This document shows positions 59,497 to 64,000 of a stretch of DNA of 64,000 bases, piece after piece; position 1 is the first letter of the stretch; each line of letters begins with the position of its first letter. The DNA is from Candidatus Binataceae bacterium (GTDB taxonomy: Bacteria; Desulfobacterota; Binatia; Binatales; Binataceae): contig DATJXN010000022.1 of NCBI GenBank assembly GCA_035500095.1, positions 34,561 through 98,560 of the forward strand, read 5' to 3'. The notes under the pieces were generated by a model, which worked only from the letters and a program-made list of their open reading frames with translations, did no database searches and was not told the DNA's origin. Both the position numbers and the translations under genes were made by a program.

Positions 59497-60054
59497 TTGG
59501 CTGAGATCTTCCTCGCGCTGCTCCATCATCCGGTCGTCGACCGCAACGGCCGCATTATCACCTCGGCCATCACTTCGCTCGACCTCCACGATATCGCGCG
59601 CTCCTCTCGCACCTTCGGCGTGCACGCCTTTTACGTCGTCCATCCGGTTGCCGAGCAGCGCGAGTTCGCGCGCATCGTGATCGATCACTGGCGCATCGGC
59701 TACGGCCGCGCCTTCGACTCGCGCCGGTTAGAGGCGCTCGACCTGATCGAGATCGTGCCCGACCTCGACGCGGCGGTGGCCGCGGCCGAGCGCGCCGCGG
59801 GCCGGCGGCCGGCGATCATTCACACCTCGGCACGCGAAGCGCACGGCGTAAGCTTCAGCGCGATGCGCGAGCGGATGGCGGAAAAGGACGCGGCGCCGGT
59901 TTTGATAATCTTGGGCACCGGCTTCGGACTCGCGCCGGCGGCGCGCGAGCGCGCCGACCTCGCGCTCGAAGCAATTCGGGGCGTGGGCAACTACAATCAT
60001 CTGTCGGTGCGCGCGGCCGCGAGCATCATTCTCGACCGCCTGCGCGGCCGCTGA
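59497..60054 (+). CDS. Predicted SPOUT-like RNA methyltransferase (trmD-associated family)
   Basis: From TTG 59497: (M)AEIFLALLHHPVVDRNGRIITSAITSLDLHDIARSSRTFGV...ILGTGFGL...NYNHLSVRAAASIILDRL. This family is often found next to trmD (recalled). The upstream part of the track ORF overlaps trmD out of frame. Confidence 0.6.
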   Translation: MAEIFLALLHHPVVDRNGRIITSAITSLDLHDIARSSRTFGVHAFYVVHPVAEQREFARIVIDHWRIGYGRAFDSRRLEALDLIEIVPDLDAAVAAAERAAGRRPAIIHTSAREAHGVSFSAMRERMAEKDAAPVLIILGTGFGLAPAARERADLALEAIRGVGNYNHLSVRAAASIILDRLRGR

Positions 60055-60147
60055 GCCGCTCTCGATGATCGTAACGGCGGTACCGATGAACAGGTTGCTG
60101 CTCAACCGCCGCCGGACGATCAGGCGCGAAGCGCCCGCCCGCGCCGG

Positions 60148-61163
60148 CTAATGAATACAGCCCGGCGGGCTCGTGGTCGCGAACTGATTGCCGCTCCATA
60201 GATTGCCCGCGCAGTTCGGATTGCCGTCGAGCGCGTCGACGCCGAAACTCCCGTTGCCATTGCCCGATGCTTCGACGCCGACGATCCGGTTGTTCACGTT
60301 GCCAGCCGCGATCACAATGCCGTAGGCCTGATCGGGCTAGCTCGGTCCGTCGGCGCTGCTCGGATCGTTCACCGAAGCCAGAATGTTGCCGTTGCTCGGC
60401 GGTACCGGCGGGTCGGCCGTGCAGGCCTTGCCAAGCAGCCCGCCGCTGCGAAAGCATCCGAGATAGATTCCGGCGTTGGTGTTGCGCGACACGCTGAAAT
60501 TGGCGATCACGTTGCGTGAAGAGGCGCGCAGCCAGACGCCGTAGGTCGCGCTGCCCATGACCGTCAGGTTGACGAGAAGCGCACCTGCACGCCGCTGAGT
60601 TCGATTCCCGCAAAGCCCAGCGTGCCATCGACGCTGACGCCGTCGAGGTAAGGCCCCGGCGCGGGACCGTTGATCAGGATGCCGGTGCGTGCGCTGTTAT
60701 TCGCGGCGAGGGCGGTGCCATATCCCGCCCCTCCCTGCATCTGGATTCCCACCGTGTTGGTCTGCGCGGCCAGGTTCTCGAGCGTCACCCCAGGTGCGTC
60801 GACTTCGATTCCGGTGCCGAACCCCGTGACCGTCGCGGGCGCGTCGAGAGTGCCGCGGACAACCGCGCCCGCCGCGTCAGCCGTCACCAGCACGCCGACG
60901 CTCGCTGAACCTGCCGGCGACGTGGAGAGCGTAGTGCTCCCGAGATCCAGGATGACGCCGGGAACGTTGACATGGATGCAATCGCCGGGCGGAGTGGCGA
61001 TCAGACCGGGGCCGGAAATGGCGTAGTCGCCGGCGAACTTTATTGCGCACGGACAGGCGACGATCGGGTTCGTGCACGCGCTCATCGCATGCGCGAAGGC
61101 GGGCCCGCACGACACGATCCAGACGATTGTGGTCACAAGCGCTGCGACACTCCGACGGGCCAT
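60148..61163 (-). pseudogene. Secreted right-handed beta-helix (pbH1/NosD-like) protein, disrupted by one frameshift (about 60595) and one in-frame TAG (60337-60339)
   Basis: Signal peptide MARRSVAALVTTIVWIVSCGPAFAHA. Beta-helix-like text continues across three segments: 61163-60564, then 60558-60340 in another frame (LVNLTVMGSATYGVWLRASSRNVIANFSVSRNTNAGIYL...), then after the TAG in the same frame (PDQAYGIVIAAGNVNNRIVGVEASGNGNGSFGVDALDGNPNCAGNLWSGNQF...GCIH*). Confidence 0.65.
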
Positions 61164-61468
61164 ACGGACCGCGTGGACCGTTTCGCCCGGTGAGCGATGA
61201 GGCGAACGTGCGCAGCCCCGCAATATAATGAGTTTCGTTAACAACTTCAGACTCGCACCGGCCAGTCGCGCCGGCTGAGGCAGCCCTGGTCGGAGCCGTC
61301 ACGCACGATACTAATCCGCGGTTCTACGATAGGACGAACATGGTCGAAGAATTCGCGTGAAAATTCACGTCAGAATAATCTCGATAGCGCGAACCCTTGG
61401 CTGACCTTGTCTTATCTGCGGCAATTTTGATCGCTGCCTTGTCTGCATCAAACTTTCATACCATCTCC

Positions 61469-61568
61469 TTTCGACTCTTTCGGGAGTCCGATGCCGCCAA
61501 GAAAAGCCTCCGCACGATACGGATTCTTTATGCCTTGCTTAAAACGTTCACACGATGCTAGGGTCTCG
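61469..61568 (+). repeat. Copy A of a ~100-nt conserved AT-rich non-coding element upstream of a secreted-protein gene
   Basis: TTTCGACTCTTTCGGGAGTCCGATGCCGCCAAGAAAAGCCTCCGCACGATACGGATTCTTTATGCCTTGCTTAAAACGTTCACACGATGCTAGGGTCT. About 16 differences in about 100 nt against copy B, by eye. Contains hairpin GACTC-N6-GAGTC and a possible TTGCTT-N18-TAGGGT promoter. Confidence 0.75.
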
Positions 61569-61620
61569 CGCGTACGCCGACTTTGATTCACAAAACGAAT
61601 ATTCACGGGGGGAAAGGAAT

Positions 61621-62196
61621 ATGGGATCGCCATTGGTTCGCAACGCCAGCTACGGGTTGGTTGTGGCCGCGATTGCATTTCTGGGATTCGCCGCGTCGGC
61701 GACGACGGTTTCCGCCGCTCCTGCCGCCAACTTCCGCGCATTCGGCCAAGGTACCAGGGTCACGGGCACGCCCGACTGCAGTGTAGCCACCGGCAACATG
61801 CTCTGCCCCGGGAGCGATAGCTGCTCTTGTACACCGATCTCTGGCCATGGCACCTGTGCCGCTATGGGAGGGGCTGTCACGTACACCGCCATAGTCGCGA
61901 CCGATTTGTCGGTAATCAGCGGCGGCTGCGCCGCCGCGTATGGAACGGCAACGCTCGTGTCATCGTCGAATCCGGCGGACACGGTGGTGCTCAACTTCAC
62001 CGGAACTCTGTGCGCGTCTCCCACGCCCACCGGTACCACCGCTACTGCCGACGTCGTGAACGGCGTTTATTTTGTCGACCCGAACAACTCGACGGGGACC
62101 TTCCACAACGCCACTGGCTCGGGAAACGTCAGCGGCAGCAGGGACTCGAATGCTGCCATTCTCGGCAGCGTTATCGGCACGATAAAGCTGCACTGA
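61621..62196 (+). CDS. Secreted Cys-rich hypothetical protein
   Basis: ATG 61621 after GGGGGGAAAGGAAT. Signal peptide MGSPLVRNASYGLVVAAIAFLGFAASATTVSA|AP. Cys-rich (PDCSVATGNMLCPGSDSCSCTPISGHGTC). Followed by a canonical terminator. Confidence 0.7.
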   Translation: MGSPLVRNASYGLVVAAIAFLGFAASATTVSAAPAANFRAFGQGTRVTGTPDCSVATGNMLCPGSDSCSCTPISGHGTCAAMGGAVTYTAIVATDLSVISGGCAAAYGTATLVSSSNPADTVVLNFTGTLCASPTPTGTTATADVVNGVYFVDPNNSTGTFHNATGSGNVSGSRDSNAAILGSVIGTIKLH

Positions 62197-62219
62197 TCCG
62201 GGCGTGCTTAGCGCAACCG

Positions 62220-62259
62220 GAAAGCCGCGACGCCTCTGGGCGCCGCGGCTTTCGTTTTT
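62220..62259 (+). terminator. Rho-independent terminator
   Basis: GAAAGCCGCG(A)CGCC-TCTG-GGCG(C)CGCGGCTTTC, then GTTTTT. 14 bp with a 1x1 mismatch and a 4-nt loop, followed by a T-tract. Confidence 0.8.
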
Positions 62260-62361
62260 GAGAAGATGCCAATCCGGAGGTCGAGCAGATTCTTCGACGT
62301 TCTTTCGCGCGGGCCCGGGCGCCGACTGAGATTGACTCGCGCCAGCTCGCCTCCCGCCGCT

Positions 62362-62463
62362 TTTCGACTCTTTCTGGAGTCTGAAGCCGCCAAGAAAAGC
62401 ATCCGAACGATATGAAATTCTTTATTCCTTGCCTTAGAATGTCCACACGATGTTAAAGTCTTG
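62362..62463 (+). repeat. Copy B of the ~100-nt conserved non-coding element
   Basis: TTTCGACTCTTTCTGGAGTCTGAAGCCGCCAAGAAAAGCATCCGAACGATATGAAATTCTTTATTCCTTGCCTTAGAATGTCCACACGATGTTAAAGTCT. Same hairpin arms as copy A. Possible TTGCCT-N19-TAAAGT promoter. Confidence 0.75.
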
Positions 62464-62506
62464 AGACTCTCGACAACAGAAGAGAGAGATAGAACAAAGT
62501 GAAACA

Positions 62507-63412
62507 GTGTGGGAAGGAAATGGTAAAGCTAAGCATGTGCACTCGTCTGCGGGCCGGGCTATGTTTGCCCTCGCCGCCTTGCTGGTGGGGGTTATTTTGA
62601 CGATGGGTTTTGGTGCTGGCCGGGGGTGGGCGCAGTCGGTTCCAGCGACCGTCAGAGACTACGTTGGACCTTCCGCTCCGCCGCCCGAATCAGCTGCCGC
62701 GCCAGATTCCGGGATTGAAGAAGGTCCTCTGGCACCGGGGCCGGTGTATTGCAGCCCGTGTCTTTACTACAGCGGCGATTTCGATGTCTCAGGTTCGAAT
62801 CCGAACGGTCTGACCAATGAAAACGACACCATCGTTTCGCTGTCGCAGATATTCACACCCTTCTCAGTACCTGCGGGCCATACCTGGCAGGTCAGCGGAT
62901 TGCTGGCCAACGTTCTCACCACTCAGTAAGCGGCTAGCGGCACCACCGGCACCCATCTACCAAAGAAAGCCGGGTGGTCGATATGGAGAGGGACCAGCGC
63001 TGGAATCGCGGGAACACTCCCGTTCGCAGGCGCGAACGGCGCGACATTATCGAAGACGGGCCGCTCCGGTTTCGGCCTGACTGAATACACGGTCCACGTG
63101 ACGCTGCCCGCGCCAATAACGCTCGGTCCTGGCACCTACTTTCTGAACCTGATGCCGCAATGCACCAATTTGAGCTCGTGTTCCGGTCAGAGGTTCTTTC
63201 AGAGCGATGTCGAAGACTTTTTCCCAGCGCATCATCACGGTCCAGCGAATCTCGTCGATCAGTCATTGTTGAACTCCAACTTTTTTGGCGCCGATTACGT
63301 AGACGCCGCCTCCAATGCCATCGCGTGTCGTGGAGACGGGTGCGACCAGTTCTCGTTCGGGGTGATCGGGACTTGCACCGTAAACGGCACGGGGGCCTAC
63401 TGCCCGTTCTAG
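62507..63412 (+). pseudogene. Secreted hypothetical protein interrupted by an in-frame TAA (62927-62929), possibly with a second lesion in the signal-peptide region
   Basis: ORFs 62507-62929 and 63098-63412 are in the same frame. The 56 codons between them are open and coding-like (AASGTTGTHLPKKAGWSIWRGTSAGIAGTLPFAGANGATLSKTGRSGFGLTEYTVHV). The SD-like GGGAAGGAA is followed by ATG 62520 in a different frame (MVKLSMCTRLRAGL...). Confidence 0.55.
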
Positions 63413-63418
63413 ATGCTT

Positions 63419-63462
63419 GAATCCCGCCGCGGTCGCACTGTCGGCCGGGCGGCGGATTCTTT
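63419..63462 (+). terminator. Hairpin terminator candidate downstream of the interrupted secreted-protein gene
   Basis: GAATCC(C)GCCGC ... GCGGCGGATTC, then TTT. 11-bp stem with one bulge. Weak T-tract. Confidence 0.4.
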
Positions 63463-63560
63463 AGGGCGTTTCTTTCGTCGCGCGTCCGACTGTCGGGGAG
63501 ATTGAGTCACGCCGGAGCTTAGGGTAAGCTTTTCGGCTCTACTCAAGGAATCATCCCGTC

Positions 63561-63902
63561 ATGAATGCAATCATCCGCAAGCTGGAAGAGCGTGAACTGC
63601 GCAAGGACCTTCCCGAATTTCGCGTCGGCGACACCCTGCGCCTCCAGGTCAAGGTGGTCGAGGGCGAAAAGGAGCGCATCCAGTCCTTCGAGGGCGTCGT
63701 CATCAAGATCAACGGGGGAGGTAACCGGGCGGCCTTCACCGTGCGCAAGATTTCGTACGGGATCGGCGTCGAGCGCATCTTCCCGCTGCACTCGCCGCGG
63801 CTGGAAAAGATCCAGGTCCTGAGCCGCGGCCGCGTGCGCCGCGCGCGCCTCTACTACCTGCGCGAACTCTCGGGCAAGGCCGCCCGCGTCGCTTCGGCCT
63901 GA
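63561..63902 (+). CDS. rplS: 50S ribosomal protein L19
   Basis: [49 protein letters not shown]...[10 protein letters not shown]. Confidence 0.97.
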   Translation: MNAIIRKLEERELRKDLPEFRVGDTLRLQVKVVEGEKERIQSFEGVVIKINGGGNRAAFTVRKISYGIGVERIFPLHSPRLEKIQVLSRGRVRRARLYYLRELSGKAARVASA

Positions 63903-64000
63903 ACCACGCGGAAGCCGCAACCCTGGCAATCAATCGGCATAGGGGGTAGCGCCGCAGCGCTACTCCCCTGCCACACCACCGGACATGCGGGTCCGCATCC

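Noticed and set aside
60337-60339. In-frame TAG (and the TAA at 62927) as programmed recoding, pyrrolysine or stop-codon reassignment.
   Set aside because: TAG and TAA terminate many conserved genes in this window at the expected protein ends. No pyl genes are present. The same genes also carry frameshifts, so pseudogenisation or sequence error is more parsimonious.
61448-61741. Minus-strand ORFs (61448-61741 and 62171-62446) that cover the duplicated non-coding elements and share a QGIKN peptide.
   Set aside because: The similarity is broken by indels that shift the frame between the two copies. The ORFs overlap the plus-strand genes, and conservation is better explained at the nucleotide level.

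Overview
High-GC (about two-thirds G+C by eye) bacterial chromosomal window, densely coding on both strands. All calls come from reading the six-frame track and the DNA; no searches were run. The lineage cannot be assigned from this window. About 55 protein genes and one tRNA-Pro(CGG) are supportable.

Housekeeping blocks:
- ppdK, glyQS, glnB, plsY, rpe
- rsmB-fmt-def
- priA
- aroC-aroK-aroB
- ileS-lspA
- ffh-rpsP-KH-rimM-trmD ... rplS

Accessory or unusual regions:
1. A tight minus-strand operon at 9178->2799. It joins a 1405-aa secreted G8/beta-helix (CEMIP/TMEM2-like) protein, a single-chain triple RidA/YjgF protein and a split MaoC hotdog hydratase. The N-type hotdog subunit has no canonical start codon and lies in frame directly after the RidA TAG stop.
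2. An acyl-CoA catabolic cluster (9559-16185), plus a second locus (45663-48363). Together they hold five family III (CaiB/BaiF) CoA-transferases. Four of these form two translationally coupled pairs, each with one paralog that has the catalytic-position Asp and one that lacks it. The first cluster also holds a crotonase and a Rieske oxygenase alpha/beta pair with a small conserved ORF between them.
3. An HtrA/PDZ homologue in which all three catalytic residues are substituted.
4. An ECF sigma / giant anti-sigma module followed by one 844-aa ORF. That ORF fuses an RnfD/NqrB-like membrane domain to a DUF2330-like domain through in-frame tandem repeats.
5. A ~3.4-kb, lower-GC insertion between trmD/RNA-methyltransferase and rplS. 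It carries three secreted Cys-rich protein genes. Two are broken by in-frame stops or frameshifts. Two are preceded by a duplicated ~100-nt non-coding element.

comM is also frameshifted. No CRISPR array, transposase, integrase or rRNA was seen.
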